From NCBI GenBank assembly GCA_016197005.1, contig JACPWO010000004.1:70305-134304 (forward strand): a stretch of DNA of 64,000 bases. Reading direction: 5' to 3'. This DNA comes from Candidatus Anderseniibacteriota bacterium. Its GTDB lineage: Bacteria; Patescibacteriota; Andersenbacteria; UBA10190. A program made the position numbers and the translations under genes. Under the pieces are notes generated by a model, which searched no databases, had not been told where the DNA came from, and saw nothing but the letters and a program-made list of their open reading frames with translations. Of this stretch, positions 34,870-43,200 are shown one piece after another (positions within the stretch are counted from its first letter, which is position 1; each line of letters opens with the position of its first letter).

Positions 34870-35676
34870 ATGGAACTCGAACTAGAGATAATTCAAGTTT
34901 CGTTTTATATTGGGAAGAAATTAGCTCTAAATATGGAATTTAGCCAAAATAATAATATTGTCCGTCTTTGTCTTCAGGGCATAGCTATGGAAAAGAAAGG
35001 CAAACCTGAAGAAGCAAGTACATTGTTTTTTCAAGCCTGGAATGAAGCAACAAATGATTTTGAAAAATTCATTTCAGCTCATTACGTAGCTCGACATCAA
35101 AAAAATGTTTCCGACAAATTACGGTGGCTCGAAACTGATTTGCAGCTTGCTTTGAAAATAGATGATGACACAGTAAAAAGTGCGTTCTCTCCTCTCTATA
35201 CAAACATCGCCAAATGCTATGAGGATTTAGGCGATACTAACGAGGCTAAAAAGAATTATGAGTTGGCAGCTTCGTGTGACGATAAGCCTTCTGACAAAGG
35301 ACCGTTTTATCATGGGACGAAAGCAGATTTACAGATTGGTGACTTGCTAACTGTTGGAAGTGGGTCTAATTATAAATCTGAATTTAAAATGAAGCACATT
35401 TACTTCACAGCCCTTGCTCATGGAGCAGGATTAGCTGCTTCGTTGGCAAAAAGTGATGGGCATGAGCATGTATATATCGTTGAACCAACAGGGAGTTTTG
35501 AAAACGACCCGAACGTTACCAACAACTACTTCCCAGGCAATCCGACACGCTCATATCGCACCGAAGCACCATTAAAAATCATTGGAGAGGTTACAGATTG
35601 GACGAAACAAACACCTGAAGAACTTAAGAAATGGCGTCAAAGGATAGATGGCAACAAAGGAGAAATAATCAACTAA
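34870..35676 (+). CDS. arr: Arr-family rifampin ADP-ribosyltransferase domain with an N-terminal helical (TPR-like) extension
   Basis: 'GPFYHGTKADLQIGDLLTVG', 'KHIYFTALAHGAGLAASLA', 'YIVEPTGSFENDPNVTNNYFPGNPTRSYRT' closely match Arr ('GPFYHGTKANL...YIYIVEPTGPFEDDPNLTNKRFPGNPTQSYRT'). The real start may be M at 34933. Confidence 0.8.
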   Translation: MELELEIIQVSFYIGKKLALNMEFSQNNNIVRLCLQGIAMEKKGKPEEASTLFFQAWNEATNDFEKFISAHYVARHQKNVSDKLRWLETDLQLALKIDDDTVKSAFSPLYTNIAKCYEDLGDTNEAKKNYELAASCDDKPSDKGPFYHGTKADLQIGDLLTVGSGSNYKSEFKMKHIYFTALAHGAGLAASLAKSDGHEHVYIVEPTGSFENDPNVTNNYFPGNPTRSYRTEAPLKIIGEVTDWTKQTPEELKKWRQRIDGNKGEIIN

Positions 35677-35794
35677 GTTCGTTCGGTTTTCAGAACTAGG
35701 GTCAGGGGTTAACTCCGTCACAAGACTTGTGGGTTATAAGACAACACAGGCCATTGTTAGTTTTCCTGTAGATAAAAAGATACCGCTCTCATTA

Positions 35795-35864
35795 AAAACG
35801 AGAGTGGCTTACGGGTGAACCAAGAGTGCTACTCCAGCAATGGCTCCCCTTGAGGGAGTTTTTG
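35795..35864 (+). ncRNA. Conserved noncoding element, copy 2, with a terminator hairpin, upstream of a membrane protein gene
   Basis: 'AGTGGCTTACGGGTGAACCAAGAGTGCTACTCCAGCAATGG' followed by 'CTCCCcttgaGGGAG' and TTTTTG. Preceded by an 8-bp stem 'CCGCTCTC...GAGAGTGG'. Confidence 0.4.
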
Positions 35865-36037
35865 CTTTTCAGGGCAGCAAAGAGATAAAGGTATTACACT
35901 AAAAGTAATGAAAGATGATTTTATTGATACGACTAAAATATTCCGACCAGGAATAACCAAAAAAAGTTGGATTAGCACGCTGTTGGAAAAACTCAGGCAT
36001 TGGCTTTTGTTTTGGGTATGATAACTCTTATCGCTGA

Positions 36038-36613
36038 ATGAATACTTTTTTTCAAATCGCTGCACTGCTCTTGCAGGTTCCTGTTTTAGTAGTTGCTCTC
36101 ATAATTATACTTATCCAGCCTGGCGTATTGCCGTCGCATGATTTGCCCTGGATCATTATTACCTTACTTCATTTGTCATTATTTCCCCTGCTGTACGGGG
36201 CGTTTGTTTACAAGACTAAACGAATCTCCAACGCTGATATTACGGAGCGAAAGGAACGGGTGTTTCCATTTTTTATTATCACTTGCGTCTATGGGTTCTA
36301 TCTCTTGATAACGATACTCTTTGACGCTCCTGAAATCTTTAGAACACTTGCTACCCACTACTTTGTTCTGGCTCTCATATTAAGTCTGGTGACTGTCTGG
36401 TGGAAAGTCAGCGTCCACACGGCCGGCGTAGCGCAGTTTGTGGTTTTACTCTCGATACTTATTGGCAGTCAGGCTCTCTTTCTTGCTCCGCTGATTGTCT
36501 TTACGGGTTGGCTGCGAATAACAATGAAGAGTCACAATCTTAGGCAAGTGCTTGGCGGCGTCATTGTTGCTCTGCTGAGTGTAATGATAGCAACAATAAT
36601 TAACTTTTCGTAA
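36038..36613 (+). CDS. Integral membrane protein (possibly PAP2-like)
   Basis: 191 aa with about six TM helices; 'KVSVHTAGV' is PAP2-like. Low-confidence family call. Confidence 0.4.
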   Translation: MNTFFQIAALLLQVPVLVVALIIILIQPGVLPSHDLPWIIITLLHLSLFPLLYGAFVYKTKRISNADITERKERVFPFFIITCVYGFYLLITILFDAPEIFRTLATHYFVLALILSLVTVWWKVSVHTAGVAQFVVLLSILIGSQALFLAPLIVFTGWLRITMKSHNLRQVLGGVIVALLSVMIATIINFS

Positions 36614-36641
36614 AAAAGAACCTTCCGGTGAAGGAAGGTTG
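36611..36641 (-). terminator. Intrinsic terminator for the minus-strand gene 36651..37574
   Basis: 'AACCTTCCggtgaaGGAAGGTT' is a perfect 8-bp stem. The minus strand reads CTTTTTT after it. Confidence 0.55.
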
Positions 36642-36650
36642 CGGGTACAG

Positions 36651-37574
36651 CTACAGTTTGTACAAATGGCCGGGGAAGTGCGACAAGACGGCTCTTTTAA
36701 TGACAGCCGAGATAATTATCATGACTCTCACCACGGTATGGTCATGGTCAATACTGAGCATCTTATCCGCATAGTGCTGCCACACCTGATTAACGTCTTG
36801 GAGGATCGATGGGACATGGTGTCTAGCCCACCGGAGCGTCACCCGTTTTCGAGAGAGCCAGCGAGACATTTCATCGGGATGCTTGCGGGCGATGGAGACC
36901 GCGATATTTTGGATGCTGTCCACGTCAGCGTCGAAGTCCAGAATATCATCGCTCACCTGCAAGGTAATGCTCCAATTAGCAAAGATGTTTTCGATATTAC
37001 GCGCCGTTGTCGGATCAATGCCATGGATCAGGTTCAGTGTGCGAATGATGGTGATATACACCAGGGCGGTTATATCCCATCGTTGCTGCAGAACAGCTTC
37101 GAGCGGCGCATCATGTCCGGCATGTCCTTCCACGACGAAGGCATCGGCTACTCTTCGCCGGTAGTCCTGGAATGTTCTCACCAGTTCTCTTTTGATTTCA
37201 TCCGTAACCGGCAGCTCCGCGATCTTCCTTCGGATGAGCTGGACGAGCTGTCTCGATCCCGCCTTGAGACTCTTGCTATCAACCGGGATTCCCTGTGGTC
37301 GCAGCTGCTCGTCGACGTAATCGTCAATGAGGCGGACGTGGTAGATAATGAGCGCGAAGATTTCGAAGGAGCGCAGTCGTTTGGCTTTCCGCCAGCTGAC
37401 GTTGCAATACTCCCGCCACAGGTTGAACGTGCCGTAGACGTGCAGACGGGGGTGAGCACTGACGCTCTTGAGATCAGGCGTTTCAAAGGTTCGGCGGATT
37501 CGCATCCACATGCTGAGTACGGTTATATACAGGCCCGCACCCAACGTTCGGAACCATTTTACAATGGCCTTCAT
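36651..37574 (-). CDS. Putative isoprenoid/terpene-synthase-fold protein with an N-terminal TM helix
   Basis: 'LIDDYVDE' (DDxxD/E-like). A terminator sits downstream on the same strand. An overlapping plus-strand ORF (36639..37643) was rejected. Confidence 0.3.
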   Translation of the reverse strand: MKAIVKWFRTLGAGLYITVLSMWMRIRRTFETPDLKSVSAHPRLHVYGTFNLWREYCNVSWRKAKRLRSFEIFALIIYHVRLIDDYVDEQLRPQGIPVDSKSLKAGSRQLVQLIRRKIAELPVTDEIKRELVRTFQDYRRRVADAFVVEGHAGHDAPLEAVLQQRWDITALVYITIIRTLNLIHGIDPTTARNIENIFANWSITLQVSDDILDFDADVDSIQNIAVSIARKHPDEMSRWLSRKRVTLRWARHHVPSILQDVNQVWQHYADKMLSIDHDHTVVRVMIIISAVIKRAVLSHFPGHLYKL

Positions 37575-37759
37575 GCAGGCACCTCTTTTTGTTGTTTGGG
37601 TTGTAAGGGAACAAGAACCTCGGATTATATGGCCGCCGAGTAGTATTTAGCAAGCCCGGGGGTTGTAAATTTGGCCGTTTTGGGTATGGTTATGGGTGCC
37701 TTGTAGGATGGTTCATTCAAATAAACGCAGTTTTCCCCGATAAAGGAGGGTTAGCAGCC

Positions 37760-38200
37760 ATGACCGTCGTTTTGGAAGAGTTGATCGTTGATCTCGCACG
37801 AGACGCGAGTGTGCGAAACGAGGCCTCTGAACGCAACGGGATTGACCGACGCATCATCGAGCACTTCGACCTGTCTGACATCAAGAGACGGCGAACATAT
37901 CTCATGTGCCTTGGTGAAGAGGCAAGCGATGTTACCGTGAGTCTGGCAATTATGAGTATGCCAGGCCGCGACAACGCACTCATCGGCGACCTGCTCACTC
38001 TCAAGGCTCATGTTGAGCGCTACGGACTCTATCCGTTCCCGGTCGTCTGCCACGGTTCGTGGGTTTCGCTGCAGAGTCGTATTCACTACCCTTGTCTGAA
38101 AGCAGACGAAGCAGGAAGCCGCCCACTCGTCGAGCTGGTCGCCGGTACCGGACACTGGCAGGCTGATACCCGGTTCTTGCTCATTGATAAGCCTGTCTGA
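37760..38200 (+). CDS. Hypothetical protein
   Basis: Strong SD 'AAAGGAGGG' 8 nt before the ATG. Followed by a long terminator hairpin at 38226-38285. Confidence 0.45.
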   Translation: MTVVLEELIVDLARDASVRNEASERNGIDRRIIEHFDLSDIKRRRTYLMCLGEEASDVTVSLAIMSMPGRDNALIGDLLTLKAHVERYGLYPFPVVCHGSWVSLQSRIHYPCLKADEAGSRPLVELVAGTGHWQADTRFLLIDKPV

Positions 38201-38691
38201 CAGCGATGCAGTTGTAACTTCCAAAGGCTTTGGATTTAAGTAACGAGACAATAAGTCTTCGTGAACGAGTCCAAAGCCTCTTTTTATTTCAGCTCAGCTA
38301 AGGGGATTATTTTGTTTGCAAAGTAGGTTTGTCAATCGCGGCGGGGCGGGAGTGGACTATTCGGCCTAATTTGTCTCGCTGCGCTATTATACGCTCTCTT
38401 CTGGGCTTAGGAGCAGGGAAACGCAGGGTAGATTCTAAATGTCGGATTACGTTCTCAGCTTCCCACACGAGGTAGGCATGGAGCTACTGTAGGCAGCGAG
38501 CAGCCAGTAGTCAAAGGTCGACAGAAAATAAAAAATTCTGCTACAGTAAGTTTACTAACAATTTAATACCCTCCAGGGTGGCGTGAAATTCGCCAATCGG
38601 ACGTATAGCCGTCGACTCTACCCCAGGTAGAGATGATCATGTGGGAATCATGAGCCGACCGTATAGTCGGGATCTTATCGCAAGATAGGGA

Positions 38692-39642
38692 GTGCGAAAG
38701 CACAGAAAGGAGATTATGAACAATACGCTTATCGGCGCAGTCGCCGTTATAGTTGCTTCACTCTTATGGAGCCTTGATGGATTTCTTCGCCAATCGCTCT
38801 ACTCACTGCCACCAGCGGTAGTGGTATTTTGGGAACACGTGTTTGGGTTTGTCGTTCTGCTTCCAATTATTATATTTACGCTTCAAAAGTTCCGGAGTAT
38901 TCGTAAAAACCAGTGGAAAGCAATCGCCCTTGTATCTTTCTTATCAGGAGCACTCGGTACCGTTTTGTATACAGCGGCTCTTGGAAAGATTCAGTTTATT
39001 TCATTTTCCGTTGTGGTGTTACTGCAGCAGTTACAACCGCTTTTTGCTATAGTTGCGGCTGCAATATTACTGCGGGAACCAATTAACCGACGGTTTATCC
39101 GCTTGGCAGCCGTAGCCTTGGTGGCTGCCTACTTTATTTCTTTCCCGGATCTAAAAGTAGCCAGCGCCGCCAGTGGGATGGTAGTGGCTGCTCTTATGGC
39201 GCTAGGTGCCGCTGCTAGTTGGGGCGCCTCAACTGCTTTCTCGAAATACGCTTTGGAAAACACTTCATTCTTACATATTACAGCGATTCGCTTCGGACTC
39301 ACTCCAATATTTGCGCTTCTATTTGTGTTAGTGCTTGGTCAACAAGGATCCTTCTTTGCGCTTTCTGCACCACAATGGTGGACGATTATTACTATCACGT
39401 TTTCTACGGGATTAGTAGCGCTGACCATTTACTATTTTGGTCTGAAAAGAATTCCAGCTTCGCGTTCCACTCTGCTTGAGCTTACCTGGCCACTGTCAGC
39501 CGCTATTACAGGGCATCTTTTTTTGGGAGACAGACTGACTGTAACTCAATGGCTTGGAGCAGTGATTTTGGTCATTGTCATGTGGCTGGTCGAGCGTGAT
39601 GCTCAAGCGATTGCTGTTTCAAATGCTGTTGCTAGACGCTAG
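38692..39642 (+). CDS. EamA/DMT-family transporter
   Basis: 316 aa with ten TM helices in two EamA-like halves. Confidence 0.7.
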   Translation: MRKHRKEIMNNTLIGAVAVIVASLLWSLDGFLRQSLYSLPPAVVVFWEHVFGFVVLLPIIIFTLQKFRSIRKNQWKAIALVSFLSGALGTVLYTAALGKIQFISFSVVVLLQQLQPLFAIVAAAILLREPINRRFIRLAAVALVAAYFISFPDLKVASAASGMVVAALMALGAAASWGASTAFSKYALENTSFLHITAIRFGLTPIFALLFVLVLGQQGSFFALSAPQWWTIITITFSTGLVALTIYYFGLKRIPASRSTLLELTWPLSAAITGHLFLGDRLTVTQWLGAVILVIVMWLVERDAQAIAVSNAVARR

Positions 39643-39672
39643 GGTCCTTGTAAATTATCTTGAAGTTACAGT

Positions 39673-40251
39673 ATGTCCAGCTACTACCCCCAGAGAAGAT
39701 CAGCCGGGATCATTGGTGTCGTGACAGTGGTACTGGTTGTTGGAGTGCTTGCCGTCTATTTTTTCTTCAATTCATCGGAAACAACTGAAGAAGTAGTAAT
39801 ACCAAGTGATACTGCAATGCTAAATCAATCTGTTGCCCCGGTAGTAGTCGACGATGTTTTGCCTACCACTAATGGTGTTGCGTTCCAAGGTGCGGTATTA
39901 GCAGGCACTTCCGCTCCGCTGCTTGATTTCACCAAGTCAGATTTTGATGCGGCCGTTGCTTCTAATAAGCTGATCGTTCTTTACTTCTACGCTAATTGGT
40001 GCCCGATTTGCCGAGCTGAATTTCCGAAAACTGAAACTGCGTTTAATGAACTAATAAGTGATCAAGTGGTAGGGTTTCGCGTGAACTTTAATGACAATGA
40101 GACAGATGAGTTTGAGGAAGAGCTTGCGCGAGAACATGGCGTGGCGTACCAACACACGAAAGTCTTTGTGCGTAGTCAGCAACAAATACTTAAATCGCCG
40201 GAAACGTGGGAGAAGGACCGCTATCTGAGCGAGATTCAAAAGGCGTTATAA
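39673..40251 (+). CDS. Membrane-anchored thioredoxin-like (TlpA/ResA-type) thiol-disulfide oxidoreductase
   Basis: 'IVLYFYANWCPICRAEFP' (CxxC) with an N-terminal TM anchor. Confidence 0.6.
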   Translation: MSSYYPQRRSAGIIGVVTVVLVVGVLAVYFFFNSSETTEEVVIPSDTAMLNQSVAPVVVDDVLPTTNGVAFQGAVLAGTSAPLLDFTKSDFDAAVASNKLIVLYFYANWCPICRAEFPKTETAFNELISDQVVGFRVNFNDNETDEFEEELAREHGVAYQHTKVFVRSQQQILKSPETWEKDRYLSEIQKAL

Positions 40252-40259
40252 AATAGACT

Positions 40260-40964
40260 GTGACCGCTATTCCTATAACCGTCGCGTTTGTAGCCGGAGT
40301 CGTATCATTTCTCTCGCCGTGTGTTTTACCCATCATTCCGGGTTACCTCGTCTATTTAGCTGGTACTTCAACGGGAAGTGGAAGTAGTCGAAGAGAAACT
40401 TTTTTGAATAGTATATTTTTCGTCATTGGATTTGGATTAGTGTTTGCCCTGATAGGCGTTCTGCTGAATACCCTCCTTTCTCGAGTGGCCTATGATGCTC
40501 AAATATGGCTATCTCGAATTGGTGGAGTCATCATAATGTTCTTCGGCCTTTATCTGCTGGAACTTATAAAAATTCCTTGGCTAAGTGGTGACCATCGAAT
40601 CCAAGTGCGTTCACCATTTGCTTCGCGCTATGCTACCTCGGCGGTTTTTGGTGCAGCTTTCGCCGCTGGTTGGACGCCCTGCGTTGGAGCGGTACTGGGG
40701 GCTATCCTGGGGCTGGCTACTACGCAACCGGGCTTAGCGTTTACATTACTTATGACGTATTCAATTGGATTTGGTTTGCCATTTACTGCGGTTGGTCTTT
40801 TCACTGAGCCAGCCAGCCGACTTATTAATCGGTACGCGAAGGTAGCAGTAGTAATTAACAAACTATTTGGTGTGTTACTCATTGTCCTTGGTGTACTTGT
40901 CTTTACACAAACACTAAGCCGACTAGGAAATTTCGAACTTCTCACCAAGATACTGACGCAGTAA
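40260..40964 (+). CDS. ccdA: CcdA/DsbD-family cytochrome-c-biogenesis-type disulfide transfer membrane protein
   Basis: 'LSPCVLPIIPGYL' and a second conserved Cys ('WTPCVGAVLGA'). Confidence 0.7.
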   Translation: MTAIPITVAFVAGVVSFLSPCVLPIIPGYLVYLAGTSTGSGSSRRETFLNSIFFVIGFGLVFALIGVLLNTLLSRVAYDAQIWLSRIGGVIIMFFGLYLLELIKIPWLSGDHRIQVRSPFASRYATSAVFGAAFAAGWTPCVGAVLGAILGLATTQPGLAFTLLMTYSIGFGLPFTAVGLFTEPASRLINRYAKVAVVINKLFGVLLIVLGVLVFTQTLSRLGNFELLTKILTQ

Positions 40965-41038
40965 AGAGGATATACTTGGCAAGAGAGCAAGATAATGCTA
41001 GGGTTTTCCCAGAAGCTTAATTTTTATTTATATACTCT

Positions 41039-41410
41039 ATGGAAAACAACACGCCTGGTCCGAAGCCACCCGAGATGCCTTCACAAGGACCGTCAACAAA
41101 TTCTAATGATAATTCGTCTCACAAAACATTGGCGATTGTCGGTTACATTATTCCAATCCTTTTCTTTATCCCTCTGTTATCTGAGGCAAAGAATAATACA
41201 TTTGCGAAATTTCATGCTAACCAGCAACTAAACCTCTTAATTCTCTGGGCAGTAAGTCAGGTAATCCTCATTATCCCTATCTTGGGCTGGATCATCTCTC
41301 CACTACTCATCATCGTTGGCCTGATCTTCATGATCATGGGAGTTATTAATGCAGCTAATGGCAATATGAAGCCCCTACCTTTTATTGGCGGTTGGCAACT
41401 TCTTAAATAA
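41039..41410 (+). CDS. DUF4870-family membrane protein
   Basis: 'FAKFHANQQLNL' motif and three TM helices. Confidence 0.45.
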   Translation: MENNTPGPKPPEMPSQGPSTNSNDNSSHKTLAIVGYIIPILFFIPLLSEAKNNTFAKFHANQQLNLLILWAVSQVILIIPILGWIISPLLIIVGLIFMIMGVINAANGNMKPLPFIGGWQLLK

Positions 41411-41419
41411 CAGAGGTAC

Positions 41420-41452
41420 AAAAAACCGCCCGTTGCGTACGGGCGGTTTTTG
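41420..41452. terminator. Bidirectional intrinsic terminator between convergent genes
   Basis: 'AAAAACCGCCCGttgcgtaCGGGCGGTTTTTG': an A-tract, GC-rich stem and T-tract. Confidence 0.7.
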
Positions 41453-41465
41453 CGTTTCTACTGGA

Positions 41466-41711
41466 TTATTCCGCAGCTGGTGCGCCTCCACCGTTTACGT
41501 TCACATCAACCTCTGAAGGCACGTCCAATCCGTCGCCACTTTCTGTGTCTGGTGGAGTGTTGGTGCCACCACCGCGATTAAAGCCAAACATGAGGAGTAG
41601 CACGATAACAACCACGACAATGACGAGTCCAATGGCCATACCACTACCGAAGCCACCCCCACCGTCACCTCCGCCATCTGTAACATTTACTTGCTCTGCC
41701 ATATAGATCAC
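41466..41711 (-). CDS. Small Gly-rich membrane protein
   Basis: 81 aa; 'GGGDGGGGFGSGMAIGLVIVVVVIVLLLMFGF'. Confidence 0.35.
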   Translation of the reverse strand: MIYMAEQVNVTDGGGDGGGGFGSGMAIGLVIVVVVIVLLLMFGFNRGGGTNTPPDTESGDGLDVPSEVDVNVNGGGAPAAE

Positions 41712-41732
41712 CTCCTTGGAAGATTGAATGAA

Positions 41733-42008
41733 TTAAATGTGAGCTGGTCCACCACTGCGATTGAATAAGCTGGCGATGAAGAGAAGAATAACTGCACCAA
41801 TAGTAGCCACGAGGATACTACCTAAGATTCCGCCGGCACCAATTCCCAATGCTCCGAAAACAAAACCTCCAATTAACGCTCCGACAATTCCAACAATAAT
41901 ATCACCAATAACACCGAAGCCACGCCCTTTCATAATGAGGCCAGCAAGCCATCCAGCGATGAGACCAACGATCAGAAACCATACGATATCAGACATACAG
42001 TACGTCAC
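41733..42008 (-). CDS. GlsB/YeaQ/YmgE-family stress-response membrane protein
   Basis: 'IVGLIAGWLAGLIMKGRGFGVIGDIIVGIVGALIGGFVFG' is the classic transglycosylase-associated-protein pattern. Confidence 0.65.
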   Translation of the reverse strand: MTYCMSDIVWFLIVGLIAGWLAGLIMKGRGFGVIGDIIVGIVGALIGGFVFGALGIGAGGILGSILVATIGAVILLFIASLFNRSGGPAHI

Positions 42009-42175
42009 CTCCTTTTATTCTATATGAAGCCACAATACCACCGTACCCCTCTGGGCTGTCTTGACAAGCATTTCTGCTTTTGTTGTGTCAGCTTTCCTGA
42101 CAAGATTTCTCTTGCATATAGCCATTTATTTGTAATGGTGAGGTAGAGGGATGTTATTCTTAAGTACTTTATTCT

Positions 42176-42424
42176 ATGTGGCAGCCATCAAAGCTTGATC
42201 AGGTAAAAAAGGATGCGCAGCGTTTAGCAGATAGTGTGATGTCACTGGCCGGAGAAGAGGGAGCAGCCGTTGGAGAGAAGACAAAAGAATTAAGTCAAAG
42301 CGCGGTTAAGAAGTGGGAAGAAGCGGACGAGTGGGCCCATAAAAATGTGTGGACAACTGTTGCTGTTTCAGCAGTGGCAGCAGCGGCACTGGCCATGCTC
42401 TTCTCGAGTCGAGGGAAAAAATAA
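42176..42424 (+). CDS. DUF883 (YqjD/ElaB-like) membrane-anchored protein
   Basis: Helical N-terminus, C-terminal TM 'VWTTVAVSAVAAAALAMLF', 82 aa. Confidence 0.55.
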   Translation: MWQPSKLDQVKKDAQRLADSVMSLAGEEGAAVGEKTKELSQSAVKKWEEADEWAHKNVWTTVAVSAVAAAALAMLFSSRGKK

Positions 42425-42427
42425 TCT

Positions 42428-42739
42428 ATGGTGTTGCCTGTAGCCTTGCGAGTACTCGCTAAAGCAGGGCTGTATTACGGTATCTCGCGAGTATTAACCG
42501 AAGGCTTTACCGCTAAGGAACACGTGCGGCGTATGATTATTGGAATTGCGCTTTTAATTGGCGCATTGTTTGTGGCGGGTTCAGCTATGTTGGCATTTAC
42601 TGCGGGTGTTTTCTTCTCCTTATCTGAAGCAGAAGCATATATTCGCCCTGCTTTTATAACCGGTGGAGTAGTATTACTCATCTCACTGTTACTCGGTTGG
42701 GAAGGATGGCGTCGGGTTAAAATTTCATCAAGGAGGTGA
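42428..42739 (+). CDS. YqjE-like (DUF1469/holin-like) small membrane protein
   Basis: 103 aa with two TMs. Gene order after the DUF883 gene mirrors yqjD-yqjE-yqjK. Confidence 0.4.
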   Translation: MVLPVALRVLAKAGLYYGISRVLTEGFTAKEHVRRMIIGIALLIGALFVAGSAMLAFTAGVFFSLSEAEAYIRPAFITGGVVLLISLLLGWEGWRRVKISSRR

Positions 42740-43200
42740 CCGATATGGATACTAATATGCAAAGTAATAGTATCGCCTGGATAGCTCTGGTCGTAGCACT
42801 TGCTGCTCTCGTACTTGCCGTCATGATATGGAATCGTCCCGTGGGAGAAGATACCGATTTTGATGAAGAAGCAGGGACACAGATTGAAGAAACGACGAAG
42901 GATGCAGCCTTGCTGGCAGCCCGAGCACAAGCGGAAACAAAGTTGGCGGCGATACGCGCCCAAGTTGCAACTAAAGAAGGATATGAAAACGCCTTGCAAG
43001 AAGCTCAAGAAGCGCGCAGTGAATTAGCGGAGGCGTACCGAAATGCATCAGTTGAAGCGCAACAAGAATGGGCAGAGGTAGAAGTAGAGTTTGATGTCTT
43101 AGAAGATCAGCTGCGGGCTAAGAGTGCTGATGCGCTCGCTGATCTGGATCGTCTTATTAATCGATTGCGTGTGGACGTGCAAACTGACGAAAACGACTAA
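42736..43200 (+). CDS. Membrane-anchored coiled-coil protein (YqjK-like position)
   Basis: N-terminal TM followed by an Ala/Glu/Gln-rich coiled-coil; overlaps the upstream stop by 4 nt. Confidence 0.35.
   Translation: MTDMDTNMQSNSIAWIALVVALAALVLAVMIWNRPVGEDTDFDEEAGTQIEETTKDAALLAARAQAETKLAAIRAQVATKEGYENALQEAQEARSELAEAYRNASVEAQQEWAEVEVEFDVLEDQLRAKSADALADLDRLINRLRVDVQTDEND

Noticed and set aside
36639-37643. Plus-strand 334-aa ORF overlapping the minus-strand gene
   Set aside because: No motifs. The intrinsic terminator at 36611-36641 has its T-tract on the minus strand. The minus ORF has a TM helix and a DDxxD/E-like motif. Treated as a shadow ORF.
37751-38251. Minus-strand 166-aa ORF overlapping 37760..38200(+)
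   Set aside because: The plus ORF has a near-perfect SD (AAAGGAGGG) 8 nt upstream and a downstream plus-strand terminator. The minus ORF has neither.
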